From NCBI GenBank assembly GCA_029933005.1, contig JAOZOY010000006.1:3182-53653 (forward strand): a stretch of DNA of 50,472 nt, given 5' to 3'. Positions 13,731 through 25,808 of this stretch are shown piece after piece. The number at the start of each line of letters is the position of its first letter. Within the stretch, counting starts at the first letter, position 1. The position numbers and the translations under genes are program-made. This stretch comes from Deltaproteobacteria bacterium (lineage in GTDB: Bacteria; Desulfobacterota; Desulfobulbia; Desulfobulbales; SURF-16). The notes under the pieces are model-generated. The model saw nothing but the letters and a program-made list of their open reading frames with translations, did not search any database and was not told the origin of the DNA.

Positions 13731-15050
13731 TCAGTTGCCTGTTTTGACGATCACTTCTATAATCGTTTCCAGAAAAAAGAAACGGCCCACGACAAAAAAG
13801 AGGATCGACATCACTGCAGCGGCTGGAACCGTGATGATCCAGGAGAGGAAGATTTTTTTTGTGACATTTTTGTCGATACCTCCTAAGCCCCTGGCCAGTC
13901 CGATGCCGAGGATAGCCCCCACCAAGGTGTGGGTGGTGGACACAGGCAGGGAAAGACGGGTGCACATCAGTACCGTGGCAGTGGCGGCAATATCAGCCGC
14001 AACCCCGCGCGAAGGTGTAATTTCAGTGATTTTGGTGCCAACAGTCTGCATCACTTTGTAACCGTATGTTGCCAGGCCCAGGACAATGCCGATTCCACCA
14101 AGACCGAGAATCCAGGGCGGCACCCCGACTTTCATCTCAATGGCACCGGTACGGAGGATGTGAACAACTGCGGCAAAAGGCCCCACGGCATTGGCCACGT
14201 CATTGGCCCCATGGGCAAAGGCCACCGCACAGGAACTGGTCACTACCAGGGGAACGAAAATTTTTTCCACAAGCTTCAGTTGCCTGGAGATGGGCAGTGA
14301 GTTCTTACCACGAAGTTTATTGGTGACAATAATTTTTGCAACAATGGCTGTCACCACGGCCAGTCCCAGGGAAAGGTAGAGAGAATTTGAATCAGTCAGC
14401 CAGGAAATATCACCGATGACATGTTTTAAACCCTTGTAAATCGTGGCCAGACAGACCACGGCCACCAGCAGAAAAACAATATACGGAATATATATTTTGG
14501 CTGCCCGGGCGGGCTGTTCTTTTCTTAAAATCGTTCTTCTGATCAGTTTAAAGAGAACGAATGCTATTGCGCCACCGGCTATCGGAGAAATAAACCAACT
14601 GGCGACAATCTGGCCCATTTTAGCCCAGTTGACTGCCTGCCAGCCTGCGGCGATGATACCGAAACCGGCAATGGCTCCGATGATGGAATGGGTGGTGGAA
14701 ACCGGCATGCCGAACATGGATGAGAAGTTCAGCCAGAAGGCGGCGCAGAGCAACGCTGAAGTCATACCGATTACAATCAGGGCGGCCGCCTCACCTGGCA
14801 GCAGACCGGGCAGGGCGGCAAGCATGGCCGGATCAACAATTCCTTTGCGCACGGTGTCGGTGACATGAGCGCCAACCAGAACTGCTCCGGCGAATTCGCA
14901 GATTCCGGCGGCAATAACCGCTTGTTTCACAGAAATTGCCCGGGAACCCACGGCATCGGCCATTGAGTTGGCCACATCGTTGGCGCCGATGTTCCATGCC
15001 ATGTAGATGCCGATCACTGCCGGTATGCATAAAACGATATATTCTGTCAT
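13731..15050 (-). CDS. pit: Inorganic phosphate transporter, PiT family
   Basis: Two GANDVAN signature motifs and two PVSTTH motifs. Confidence 0.93.
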   Translation of the reverse strand: MTEYIVLCIPAVIGIYMAWNIGANDVANSMADAVGSRAISVKQAVIAAGICEFAGAVLVGAHVTDTVRKGIVDPAMLAALPGLLPGEAAALIVIGMTSALLCAAFWLNFSSMFGMPVSTTHSIIGAIAGFGIIAAGWQAVNWAKMGQIVASWFISPIAGGAIAFVLFKLIRRTILRKEQPARAAKIYIPYIVFLLVAVVCLATIYKGLKHVIGDISWLTDSNSLYLSLGLAVVTAIVAKIIVTNKLRGKNSLPISRQLKLVEKIFVPLVVTSSCAVAFAHGANDVANAVGPFAAVVHILRTGAIEMKVGVPPWILGLGGIGIVLGLATYGYKVMQTVGTKITEITPSRGVAADIAATATVLMCTRLSLPVSTTHTLVGAILGIGLARGLGGIDKNVTKKIFLSWIITVPAAAVMSILFFVVGRFFFLETIIEVIVKTGN

Positions 15051-15155
15051 GGTTTAGATTCTAATTTAAAATTAGAGATATTTGTGGATCACAACTAAAA
15101 AAATAATGCTAATTTATGTCATTTTCGTGGTTTTTTGTGCCTTCAGCGCAGCTGG

Positions 15156-15830
15156 TCAGGTTTTTGTAATCATGGCCCGCAGAAAATCTCCGGCATTTTC
15201 AGCCTCATTGGCGATGGCGCTGAGTTTTAAGAGTAATTTTTCGTAAAAGATGATGTCCATTGGTTTAAGCTCGTCCTCCAGCTTATAGATCTGGACGCTC
15301 AGTTCCCGGGCCAGACGGTCCGCCTGCCACTCTTCAACACCTAAATCCTTGATTCGATCCAGAACCAGATTGGCCTCGGCTCCGCTGAAAGAGACCTCGG
15401 CCAGATTCTTTAATTCGACTGCCGCAGTCAGCAACGTACCGCTCACCTGAAAAATTTGATTCACAAAAGTCAAAAAACCTTGATGCAGGGTTGGATGGAG
15501 TTTTGTTTTGCGAATAAAAAGAATGACCGAGAAATCTTCGGCATAATCAGCCAGTTTTTCCTGGCACTGGAGAAATCCGTCAAGTTCCTCACGGGCCACC
15601 GGTAAAAAAAATCGACGCGGCAAGTTACGACGGATGTCATGTTTGATTAGGTCCGCCTCGTATTCGGTTTTTGAAATTTTATGATGAAGCTTCTGGATTT
15701 GCTCAAAATCTTGCTTGATCAGGGCCTCCATGAGAGGTTTGATCAGTTCCACGCACTCATGGACTTTTTTGGCATGTTCAACAATTGGTCCAAAAGGTGA
15801 TTTGCTGAATAGATCCCGTATTAACGCCAT
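15156..15830 (-). CDS. DUF47/TIGR00153 PhoU-like phosphate transport regulator
   Basis: SPF N-terminus; EYEADLIK, FFLPV and EAENAGD motifs; upstream of pit. Confidence 0.88.
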   Translation of the reverse strand: MALIRDLFSKSPFGPIVEHAKKVHECVELIKPLMEALIKQDFEQIQKLHHKISKTEYEADLIKHDIRRNLPRRFFLPVAREELDGFLQCQEKLADYAEDFSVILFIRKTKLHPTLHQGFLTFVNQIFQVSGTLLTAAVELKNLAEVSFSGAEANLVLDRIKDLGVEEWQADRLARELSVQIYKLEDELKPMDIIFYEKLLLKLSAIANEAENAGDFLRAMITKT

Positions 15831-16062
15831 TCAATAGACTCCTCTCCATTTTTTTTGATACTGTATATTTTTAAATTTATTCAGGCCGTATAGTGGCTCG
15901 AAGATACAGTACAGCCCCGGCAAAGTCAAGATTTGCTGTTTGTTTTTCCTTGTTGCGAAAAGGCGTATTTTTTGTCCTTTTTTTGAAAATTAATTGATCT
16001 CAAAGAGAGAATAGGGGATAAAAGACAGATCATTTTTTTATCAATTGTTCAAAGGAGGGATT

Positions 16063-16251
16063 ATGCCCTATGTAAATATCCGGGTAGCCGGAACATTGAG
16101 CAGGGAACAGAAGGAGCAGGTATGCAGCGAAGTCACCGAGATCATTTCCAGAATAGCCAATAAACCGAAGGATTCCATCATTATTTTTATTGATGAAGTG
16201 GAGCGGGAAAATATTGCTTCGGGCGGTAAACTGCTGCAACCGGCTTCCTGA
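16063..16251 (+). CDS. 4-oxalocrotonate tautomerase family protein
   Basis: GGAGG RBS; M-P-Y-V-N-I start giving catalytic Pro1; EQK and GG motifs; 62 aa. Confidence 0.9.
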   Translation: MPYVNIRVAGTLSREQKEQVCSEVTEIISRIANKPKDSIIIFIDEVERENIASGGKLLQPAS

Positions 16252-16264
16252 TCGGTGTGGATAG

Positions 16265-18369
<2,105 letters not shown>

Positions 18370-18386
18370 GATTGAGGGAGAATAAA

Positions 18387-18662
18387 ATGGACCAATGCAT
18401 TAAAGCTATTGTCAGGGGGAGGGTTCAGGGTGTTTTTTTTCGGGCCTATACGGAAGAAGAAGCCCGACGGCAAGGTCTTGTCGGCTGGGTGAGAAATTTG
18501 GCTGATGGAGATGTTGAGGCAATGATCTGCGGTTCCGCGGAAAATATTGAGTCCATGATAAAATGGTTACATACCGGGTCTCCCATGGCAGATGTCAAAG
18601 AGGTTTTTGTGAGCGGGATTGAACCTATGGAGCAGCTTGAAAATTTTGAAATTCGCTACTGA
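18387..18662 (+). CDS. acyP: Acylphosphatase
   Basis: GRVQGVFFR, GWVRN and GSP motifs. Confidence 0.93.
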   Translation: MDQCIKAIVRGRVQGVFFRAYTEEEARRQGLVGWVRNLADGDVEAMICGSAENIESMIKWLHTGSPMADVKEVFVSGIEPMEQLENFEIRY

Positions 18663-18666
18663 CATT

Positions 18667-18704
18667 GTAACCGTTCACTAGATGAGGTGCTGGTGAACGC
18701 TTAC
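18667..18704. repeat. Minimal GTAA...TTAC element
   Basis: gtaaccgttcactag...ctggtgaacgcttac. Confidence 0.75.
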
Positions 18705-18769
18705 CTGATATTGACAATGTAAAGTCGCTGCTTTAAATTAAAAGTTAATATTTTGAAGGAGGAAATAAA

Positions 18770-19042
18770 GTGGATTTTATCCCTGAAACAATATCTGACT
18801 CTCAGCGGCTGAGCAAGAAAAGAGGGCATCTCATTACCTGCCCCAACTGTGGGAATGATCATGATTTTTTTGAAGTCGCGGAGGGGGTGATTCTGACCAC
18901 CCATTATGTCCAGAACGCGGATTCCAGCTTTACTCAGGATAGTGATGAATCGCAGATTCTGGGACAGATCAGATTTTTTTGCGGTGAGTGTAACACCGAC
19001 TTGTCCCAGTTTCATCAACGTTTTGTGGAGATGCTCTTTTGA
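18770..19042 (+). CDS. Small acidic zinc-ribbon-like hypothetical protein
   Basis: GGAGG RBS, GTG start, CPNC and CGEC pairs. Confidence 0.75.
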   Translation: MDFIPETISDSQRLSKKRGHLITCPNCGNDHDFFEVAEGVILTTHYVQNADSSFTQDSDESQILGQIRFFCGECNTDLSQFHQRFVEMLF

Positions 19043-19842
19043 CGCCATTACGATCTGATACGTCCAAGACCTCACAAAGGCGTATTATCAAAAATAACAA
19101 AACTCTGCGGCGCAAATTTAACGAGCTTGGCGTTGGCGACATTGTTCTGGGTCGAGTCCGGATGAAACCGTCCGAAGAGTTTCTCCTGCTTGATCTTGTT
19201 GAGCGGGGTATTGTCCTGTATCCATCTGCCCTGTCCCAGCAGGTTTGCCGCTCAAAAGTTCAGCAGGCTCTACTTTTTTCCAGTTTCATGCTGCCCCATA
19301 CACATGCAATCCACGATCAGCATGATATCATGGCCGCTGTAAATCTCTATGATCAACATGGCATCAGCAGGGTTGTTACCAAGCTTGACCGCAAAAATGC
19401 AGGTATGGGAATTTACCTCTGGCAATCCATCGAGGACGTCTATACCCAGGCATCCCTTGGCGTGCTTCCCTTTCCCTTTGTCGTGCAGCCCTTTTTAGCG
19501 GAATCCCGGGATGTCCGTGTTGTTATTCTTGGAGACTATGGGGAGGCCTACAGCAGGCATAATCCGTATAATTTTCGTAATAATCTTCATTGTGGGGGCA
19601 GGAGTGAGCCTTATGATCTTTCTGCTGATCAGTGGCATCTTTGTCATAAAGTTATGGAAAGGGGGAAATTTCCTTATGCCCATATTGATTTGATGATCCA
19701 CAACGCCACATCATATTTAGCAGAAATTAATTTGCGCGGGGGGATACGGGGTGCGGCCATTACGCCTGTTGAGTATGCAGAGAAAGTGGAAACTCTCCAT
19801 GCTGAGGCCTTGGAGAAGATAGCAAAGGCTGGGCTGGGCTGA
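19039..19842 (+). CDS. RimK-like ATP-grasp protein
   Basis: CRSK, K...GMGI, VVQPFL...DVRV, FRNNLHCGG, HIDL and EIN motifs; start codon uncertain. Confidence 0.8.
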   Translation: MTPLRSDTSKTSQRRIIKNNKTLRRKFNELGVGDIVLGRVRMKPSEEFLLLDLVERGIVLYPSALSQQVCRSKVQQALLFSSFMLPHTHAIHDQHDIMAAVNLYDQHGISRVVTKLDRKNAGMGIYLWQSIEDVYTQASLGVLPFPFVVQPFLAESRDVRVVILGDYGEAYSRHNPYNFRNNLHCGGRSEPYDLSADQWHLCHKVMERGKFPYAHIDLMIHNATSYLAEINLRGGIRGAAITPVEYAEKVETLHAEALEKIAKAGLG

Positions 19843-19865
19843 TTGAGGAAATAACGAGGGGTGAG

Positions 19866-19902
19866 ACAAAAAAGGAAGTGAAAAAATCACTTCCTTTTTT
19901 GT
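19866..19902. terminator. Bidirectional intrinsic terminator
   Basis: acaaaaaaggaagtga-aaaaa-tcacttccttttttgt, a perfect hairpin between convergent genes. Confidence 0.85.
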
Positions 19903-19947
19903 AATTAAGTTACTGCAATAGCTGGATTCTGCTATCTGAGAACTTAA

Positions 19948-20268
19948 TTATACACAACCTGTAGGTTTGGGCAGGCCGGCCATTTTACAGGCTCCTTTAC
20001 CAGGTCCTGAAGGGAACAGCTCATAAATTCTTTTCAGCGGATAACCGGTGGTCTTGGACAGAATACGAACCATGGGAGCGATACCGTTTTTCTTGTAGTA
20101 CTCCTGCAGGGAATTAATTACTTTCCAGTGCTCGTCGCTCATTTCGGAAATACCTTCAATTCCTTTTACATACTCAACCCAATCCTCGTTCCATTCCTCT
20201 GTTCCCTTGGTCAGGAAGCCGTCCTCATCTACCTCGTAGCTATGACCATTGTGCTCAACTGTTGCCAT
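19948..20268 (-). CDS. dsrC: Dissimilatory sulfite reductase-associated sulfur carrier DsrC
   Basis: DEDGFL and YELFPSGPGKGACKMAGLPKPTGCV with both C-terminal Cys; AGGAG RBS before ATG at 20268. Confidence 0.95.
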   Translation of the reverse strand: MATVEHNGHSYEVDEDGFLTKGTEEWNEDWVEYVKGIEGISEMSDEHWKVINSLQEYYKKNGIAPMVRILSKTTGYPLKRIYELFPSGPGKGACKMAGLPKPTGCV

Positions 20269-20552
20269 GTTGTTGTTCCTCCTTGTTAAAGTCAACTTAA
20301 AATAAGCTATATTTAAATAAAAATTCCTCGATACCAGATTTAAGTTTAGGCCTAAATACTATAGAGATTTCATTTTGTCAAGATGCCAGAGGACAAAGTT
20401 ACGTTTTTATTTATTGAAAAAACAGTATCAGCTGACAGCCGCGTAACCAAGATTTGCCTGTGGGGCTTGCTGGTGTTACGCGAACAGGTCTGTTGATAGA
20501 TAAGCACCTTTAAAAACAGGGTATAAACTCGGTTTCCGAAGCGGATGCGGAA

Positions 20553-21998
20553 TTACCCGGACGGAAGTTCAATAACAACGACAAACCCTCCGGCCTCCCT
20601 GTTGCCGGCCTTGACTTTTCCCTGGCAGGCTTCAATACAGGTCTTGACAATGGCCAGACCAAGTCCGGCGCCGCCACTGTTCCTGCTTCTGTCGGGCTCA
20701 AGCCTGAAAAAGGGATCAAAAATACGGTCCAGATATTTTTCAGGCACTCCGGGGCCGCAATCCGCAATTTTGATCAGGGCCATATTGTTTCTTTTTTGTG
20801 CCGATATTTCCACAGGACCGCAATCCCCGCCATAGCGCAGACTGTTTCTCAAGAGATTGGCCAGGGCTCTGGCCAGGAGTTCTGAATTGGCTCTGACTGT
20901 AAAATTATCGTCAATCCGCATTGTTATTTTAGTATTGTTGATTTTTTCCCGCTCCAGCACCTTATTGACAATGGTCTGAAGATTAACCTTGCCGATGTTG
21001 ATGTTATCCGGTGTCATTTCGGCCTTGGAGAAGGACAGGATTTCATTGACCAGCTCAGAGATGTTTTCCGCCTCTTCAGCTACATCAGTAAGATAAGCAT
21101 GCTGTTGAGGATCAATTTTATGTTCGAGCACCCCCAGACCCATCTTGAGGCGGGCCAGGGGTGAACAGAGTTCATGGGCCACATCGCCTAAAAATCGTTT
21201 CCGGCCCTGGATAAAATCGTCAAGCCGTTCAGACATCGTGTTGATGGAGTGGCCTAGTCTGCCTATTTCATCTTTGCGCCTCTCATTCACTCTGATGTCA
21301 AAATGTCCTCTGGCAATTTCTTCCGTGGCCCTGGTCATTGATTTAATCGGCCTTGTCAGGTGGTTGACCATGGGCAGCCACCAGAGGCCGGAGAGAGCCA
21401 TAATGCCAAGAGCGATACCAACCAGGGGAAGAAGATCAGGGTAGAGGAGGCCGGAACCCAGGCAGGAATCGGTTACGGCCAGAAGAATAGCCGGTTTAAT
21501 GGTGTTATCCTGATGGGTTATGATGGGTATGGGCATACCCAGCCAGTAACGGGTAGGATTTTGGGTCTGTAAACGGAAAAATCGGGAGACTCCACGATGA
21601 CTGCCGTTTTTTTGTCCTGAACCTGCAGGTCTTCCATGGTGTTTGCCAAAATGAAACTGTTTCAATGATTGGATTTTCTCTCTTACTTTTTTCGGTACCG
21701 GGATGTCACGGTCTGTAAGCTTATGCCCGCTCGGGCTCAAAAGCAGAAGATCCACCTTGAATTCCTGACCGTAACGATCCAAAAGCTTATTCCATTGATG
21801 TTTCGGTGTAGAGGCCAGTTCGTGACGAAGCAGGCGGTGCAGGGAACCGGCCTTTTGGGGGGTACTGCCTGCCAGCAGAGAGTCGGGTGGGACATGGAAC
21901 TGGATCTGGAAAAAAATAACGGAAATAAAGGCAAGCAGAACCATGTTCAGAAAAAACCAGAGGAGAATTTTACTGAAAATCGACAGACGTATTTTCAT
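20553..21998 (-). CDS. Sensor histidine kinase (HAMP-HisKA-HATPase), CpxA-like
   Basis: Two TM segments, DEIGRL HAMP, DVAHELCSPL H-box, NLLRNS, DCGPG and GLGLAI; ATGA overlap with the regulator gene. Confidence 0.92.
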   Translation of the reverse strand: MKIRLSIFSKILLWFFLNMVLLAFISVIFFQIQFHVPPDSLLAGSTPQKAGSLHRLLRHELASTPKHQWNKLLDRYGQEFKVDLLLLSPSGHKLTDRDIPVPKKVREKIQSLKQFHFGKHHGRPAGSGQKNGSHRGVSRFFRLQTQNPTRYWLGMPIPIITHQDNTIKPAILLAVTDSCLGSGLLYPDLLPLVGIALGIMALSGLWWLPMVNHLTRPIKSMTRATEEIARGHFDIRVNERRKDEIGRLGHSINTMSERLDDFIQGRKRFLGDVAHELCSPLARLKMGLGVLEHKIDPQQHAYLTDVAEEAENISELVNEILSFSKAEMTPDNINIGKVNLQTIVNKVLEREKINNTKITMRIDDNFTVRANSELLARALANLLRNSLRYGGDCGPVEISAQKRNNMALIKIADCGPGVPEKYLDRIFDPFFRLEPDRSRNSGGAGLGLAIVKTCIEACQGKVKAGNREAGGFVVVIELPSG

Positions 21999-22708
21999 TT
22001 CCATCCCTCTTCATCGAGAAACATGTAGCCCGCACTTCTGATTGTTTTGATATAGCGTGGATTTTTCGGATCATCTCCCAGTTTACGGCGCAAGGATGAG
22101 ATATGAACATCAATAGAGCGATCAAAAACCGTATAATTGCGACCGCTGACCGATTCAAGCAGTTGATCTCTGGACAGAATGCGACCGGCACTGGAGGCCA
22201 GGCTGATGAGAAGATCATATTCCACCGGGGTCAGATCAAGTTTCGTCCTGTCCTGGAAGATAGTTCTTGCATGTGAAACAATAACAAGGTCTTGGACAAC
22301 CATTTGATCTTGAGTTTGTTTTTCATCACATACAGTCGGCTCGCCCGTCATGGCCGAACGTCTGATTACAGCCCTGAGGCGGGCCAGCAGCTCCCTTGAT
22401 GAAAAGGTCTTGGGGATGTAGTCATCCGCTCCCATCTCCAGGCCGACGATGCGGTCCATTTCGTCCCCTCGGGCTGTAAACATCAGTACCGGCACATTTG
22501 ACTCCTGTCGCAGCTGCCGTAACACATCAAGGCCGTCCATATCGGGCATCATGACATCAAGGATCAGGGCGTCAAAGTTTTCTTCGCGAACGAGAGTAAG
22601 TCCTTCTGCTCCGGAATGGGCGGCGCTGACCTGAAACCCTACTGGTTCAAGATACTCTTGAACCAGGCGGCACAATTTTTTGTCATCATCGATAATCAGT
22701 ATTTTCAT
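21995..22708 (-). CDS. OmpR-family response regulator, CpxR-like
   Basis: IIDDD, LDVMMP and GADDYIPK receiver motifs; RSIDVHISSLRRK and TIRSAGY winged helix. Confidence 0.93.
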   Translation of the reverse strand: MKILIIDDDKKLCRLVQEYLEPVGFQVSAAHSGAEGLTLVREENFDALILDVMMPDMDGLDVLRQLRQESNVPVLMFTARGDEMDRIVGLEMGADDYIPKTFSSRELLARLRAVIRRSAMTGEPTVCDEKQTQDQMVVQDLVIVSHARTIFQDRTKLDLTPVEYDLLISLASSAGRILSRDQLLESVSGRNYTVFDRSIDVHISSLRRKLGDDPKNPRYIKTIRSAGYMFLDEEGWK

Positions 22709-22800
22709 GATCCCTGGAGGAAATGTTGATTGGTTGATTTATCCATCTTCATACTTCATTAAAGAAGAAATACCCTGAACCATAAAAAAAGAAAGCCATC

Positions 22801-22820
22801 TTTACAAAAGATTTACAAAA
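22801..22820 (+). promoter_or_regulatory. Putative OmpR/CpxR-type direct-repeat operator
   Basis: TTTACAAAA repeated with an 11-bp period (GTAAA-N6-GTAAA on the minus strand), followed by a CATAAT -10-like hexamer at about 22836. Confidence 0.6.
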
Positions 22821-22913
22821 ATAGGGGCTACTCGACATAATTCCTTAACAACCACACCTTATCCTACAGACAACGAAGCAAGAGAAATAATCTCTAACAT
22901 GGAGGAAATAAAC

Positions 22914-23435
22914 ATGAAAACATCTAAAATTTCAAAAACCGTCTTAGCCCTCAGCACCGCTCTGCTTATTATGCCGCTTGCCGGGGCAGCATACGGTTTC
23001 GGCCATGGCCATGGCCACGGTTATTATGGTGACAAGGGGAAGGGGGAGTGCAATTCCAAAAGGTTTGAAAAAAGGTCTGAATATCTCGAGGAGGCATTAT
23101 CGCTGGATGAAGGCCAGGTTGCCTTGCTGGAAATCATGCACCAGTCCCGCATGAACCTTAAAGATGAGTTTTACAAGAACAATGATAGCGACTCACGGCC
23201 CGGAAAAACCGTGCGTCGTTCATTTCACCTGTTCAGGGCTGAACTGGATGCCGTCGATCCTGATTTCCAGGCAGTTGGCGAAAAAATAAAAGCTGGATAT
23301 CAAGGTGAGCACAGCGAAAGCTTTGAGAAGGCAGTGGATGCCAGGGTCGCTTTTTTGAGCAGTCTGTCCGCTAAACAGCGCTTAAACATGATGGAGATGA
23401 AAGGCCGCCGTGGCCGGCATCATAGTCGGCAATAA
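22914..23435 (+). CDS. Secreted Spy/CpxP-like periplasmic protein
   Basis: GGAGG RBS, signal peptide (AGAAYG), GHGHGHG tract, LSLDEGQ and LSAKQR (LTxxQ-like) motifs; divergent from the two-component system. Confidence 0.7.
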   Translation: MKTSKISKTVLALSTALLIMPLAGAAYGFGHGHGHGYYGDKGKGECNSKRFEKRSEYLEEALSLDEGQVALLEIMHQSRMNLKDEFYKNNDSDSRPGKTVRRSFHLFRAELDAVDPDFQAVGEKIKAGYQGEHSESFEKAVDARVAFLSSLSAKQRLNMMEMKGRRGRHHSRQ

Positions 23436-23442
23436 ACACCCT

Positions 23443-23468
23443 TGAGAACTCTTCTTTGGGAGAGTTCT
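23443..23468. terminator. Hairpin between convergent genes
   Basis: gagaactct-tctttggg-agagttctc. Confidence 0.6.
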
Positions 23469-25081
23469 CAAGGCTTGCCGATCTGTAATACCGTATTTTT
23501 TTTCCAATTCAGATCATCCTTTTCAGGAAAATCAATGACGTAATGCAGTCCTCTGGATTCTTGACGCAGGAGGGCTGATTGGACGATCAGTTGAGCAATC
23601 AGGGCTATATTATGTAATTCGATAAGATCCGGTGTCAGAAGAAAGTCGTGGAAATGCTGCCTGACATCGGAGACAATTAAATCCAGGCGCTGCTTTACCA
23701 TGGTCAGCCTCTTGACGCTGCGAACAATTCCTACATAATTCCACATCAGGCGCCGGATCTGGTCCCAGTTGTGGCTGATCAGAACGCATTCCTCAATTTT
23801 TTCCGCCTTGGCGGTGGACCAGGGCGGTACATCCGGATAGCTGATCCGGCTGAGTTCTGGCCAGTCACGGCGACACTGTTCAAAGGCCTGATGGGCAAAA
23901 ACCACGGCCTCAATCAGGGAGTTGCTGGCCAGTCGGTTACCGCCGTGCAGGCCGGTGCAGGCTGTTTCGCCAAAGGCATAGAGGTGTTTTATGTTGGTCC
24001 GGCCCATGGTATCGGTCAAAACACCGCCACACATATAGTGGGCCGCCGGGACAACGGGAATCGGTTCCCTGGTCATATCAATGCCGTATGACAGGCAGGT
24101 CCGGTAAATATTAGGAAATCTTTTTTTGATAAAATCAGCCGGCTTGTGACTGATATCGAGAAAAACGCAGTCATCACCGCTTGCCTTCATCTCGGTGTCA
24201 ATGGCTCGGGCCACGGTATCCCGGGTGGCCAGATCACCGCGCGGGTCGTATTTTTTCATGAAAGCGCGTCCTCTTTCATCAACCAGTCTGGCGCCTTCCC
24301 CCCTGACGGCCTCGGAAATCAGGAAATTTTTGGCCTTGGAATGATAAAGACAGGTGGGATGAAACTGGACAAATTCCAGATTGGCGATTCTGGCGCCGGC
24401 CCGATAAGCCATGGCAACACCATCGCCGGTGGCAATATCAGGATTGGTGGTGTAGAGATACACCTTGCCCACGCCGCCGGTGCAGAGAACAGTCACCTTG
24501 GCCTGGTAGGGGGTGATGGAGTTATCCTCTCTGTCAAGAACAAAGGCGCCCAGGCAGCGTTCCTGCTCATCTGTTGATTTCAGGCCGGCCCTTGAGGCAA
24601 TAAGCAGGTCAACGGCCAGATGATTTTCCAGAACCGTGATATCCGGATTTTCCGCCACTTTTTTCAGCAGTCCGTGTTCAATTTCTCTGCCGGTGAGATC
24701 CTGGGCATGGGCCACCCGCCGGGCGGAATGACCTCCTTCACGGCCGAGATCAAGCTGGGCCGGATTATTTTCGTCATGGGTGAAGGAGATGCCCTGACGA
24801 ATTAACTCGTCAATCCGCGCCGGACCGTTTTCAACCACCATCCTCACCACCTTTTCATCACATAATCCATCTCCGGATCGCAGTGTGTCCTGAATGTGGA
24901 GATCAAAAGAATCATTTTCGGAAAGCACGGCAGCAATGCCGCCCTGGGCCAGGTTGGTGGCTGTATCCACCTTGGCTTTTTTGGTGATGATCGTCACCGA
25001 GCCCAGGGTGGCGGCCTTAAGAGCAAAGGAAAGGCCGGAAATTCCACTGCCGATAACAAGAAAATCAGTTGTACATGTCAT
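23468..25081 (-). CDS. nadB: L-aspartate oxidase
   Basis: GSGISG, AQGGIAAV, EGGHS, QFHPT, SEAVRGEG, PAAHY, HGGNRLASNSL and ESRGLH motifs. Confidence 0.96.
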   Translation of the reverse strand: MTCTTDFLVIGSGISGLSFALKAATLGSVTIITKKAKVDTATNLAQGGIAAVLSENDSFDLHIQDTLRSGDGLCDEKVVRMVVENGPARIDELIRQGISFTHDENNPAQLDLGREGGHSARRVAHAQDLTGREIEHGLLKKVAENPDITVLENHLAVDLLIASRAGLKSTDEQERCLGAFVLDREDNSITPYQAKVTVLCTGGVGKVYLYTTNPDIATGDGVAMAYRAGARIANLEFVQFHPTCLYHSKAKNFLISEAVRGEGARLVDERGRAFMKKYDPRGDLATRDTVARAIDTEMKASGDDCVFLDISHKPADFIKKRFPNIYRTCLSYGIDMTREPIPVVPAAHYMCGGVLTDTMGRTNIKHLYAFGETACTGLHGGNRLASNSLIEAVVFAHQAFEQCRRDWPELSRISYPDVPPWSTAKAEKIEECVLISHNWDQIRRLMWNYVGIVRSVKRLTMVKQRLDLIVSDVRQHFHDFLLTPDLIELHNIALIAQLIVQSALLRQESRGLHYVIDFPEKDDLNWKKNTVLQIGKP

Positions 25082-25171
25082 GGGATCAGTTCGGTTTGAT
25101 TTGTTTTCTTCATAAAAGTGGGTTATTTTTTTAAATCTGTTTTTTTATGCAACTTCAGAAAAGGACGTATC

Positions 25172-25801
25172 ATGTCACAACTCAAACTGGTGATTTTTGA
25201 CTGCGACGGGGTCATGTTCGACTCCAAAAACGCCAATAAACTCTATTACAATAAAATTCTGGAAGAATTCGTCCATCCACCCATGACAGAAGAGGAGGTG
25301 GATTATATCCACATCCATAATGTCATGGATTCTGTACGGTTTATCTTGCGTCATTATCCTGAAGATATTGAAAAGGCCGAGGCCTTCCGGGCGGATCTGG
25401 ATTACCGTCCCTTTCTGCAACACATGAACATGGAGCCGGATCTTATCGAATTTCTTGAGTTTCTAATACCCGATTACGAAAGGGCCATCAGCACGAACCG
25501 GACATCAACCATGAGCAATATTCTGGATATTTTCGGTCTGTCTTCTTATTTCGGCAAGGTAATGACGGCCTTTGATGTAGAAAATCCCAAGCCCCACCCC
25601 GAGGCCCTGCTTCAAATCCTCGATCATTACCGGCTCAGGGCAGATGAGGCTGTCTATATTGGTGATTCAATTATTGACCGGGAGCACAGCCAGGCTGCGG
25701 GCATGGAGTTAGTTGCCTTTAAAAATCAGGATCTGTCGGCGGAATATCATGTTTCAACCTTCATGGAAATCACCCGTCTCCCTTTATTTCAAAAAGGATA
25801 G
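25172..25801 (+). CDS. HAD family hydrolase (phosphoglycolate phosphatase-like)
   Basis: FDCDGV, STN, KPHP and IGDS motifs. Confidence 0.88.
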   Translation: MSQLKLVIFDCDGVMFDSKNANKLYYNKILEEFVHPPMTEEEVDYIHIHNVMDSVRFILRHYPEDIEKAEAFRADLDYRPFLQHMNMEPDLIEFLEFLIPDYERAISTNRTSTMSNILDIFGLSSYFGKVMTAFDVENPKPHPEALLQILDHYRLRADEAVYIGDSIIDREHSQAAGMELVAFKNQDLSAEYHVSTFMEITRLPLFQKG

Positions 25802-25808
25802 TTAGACG

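Noticed and set aside
15859-15911. TACTGTAT...ATACAGTA read as a LexA box
   Set aside because: The half-sites are about 37 bp apart rather than in the CTGT-N8-ACAG spacing.
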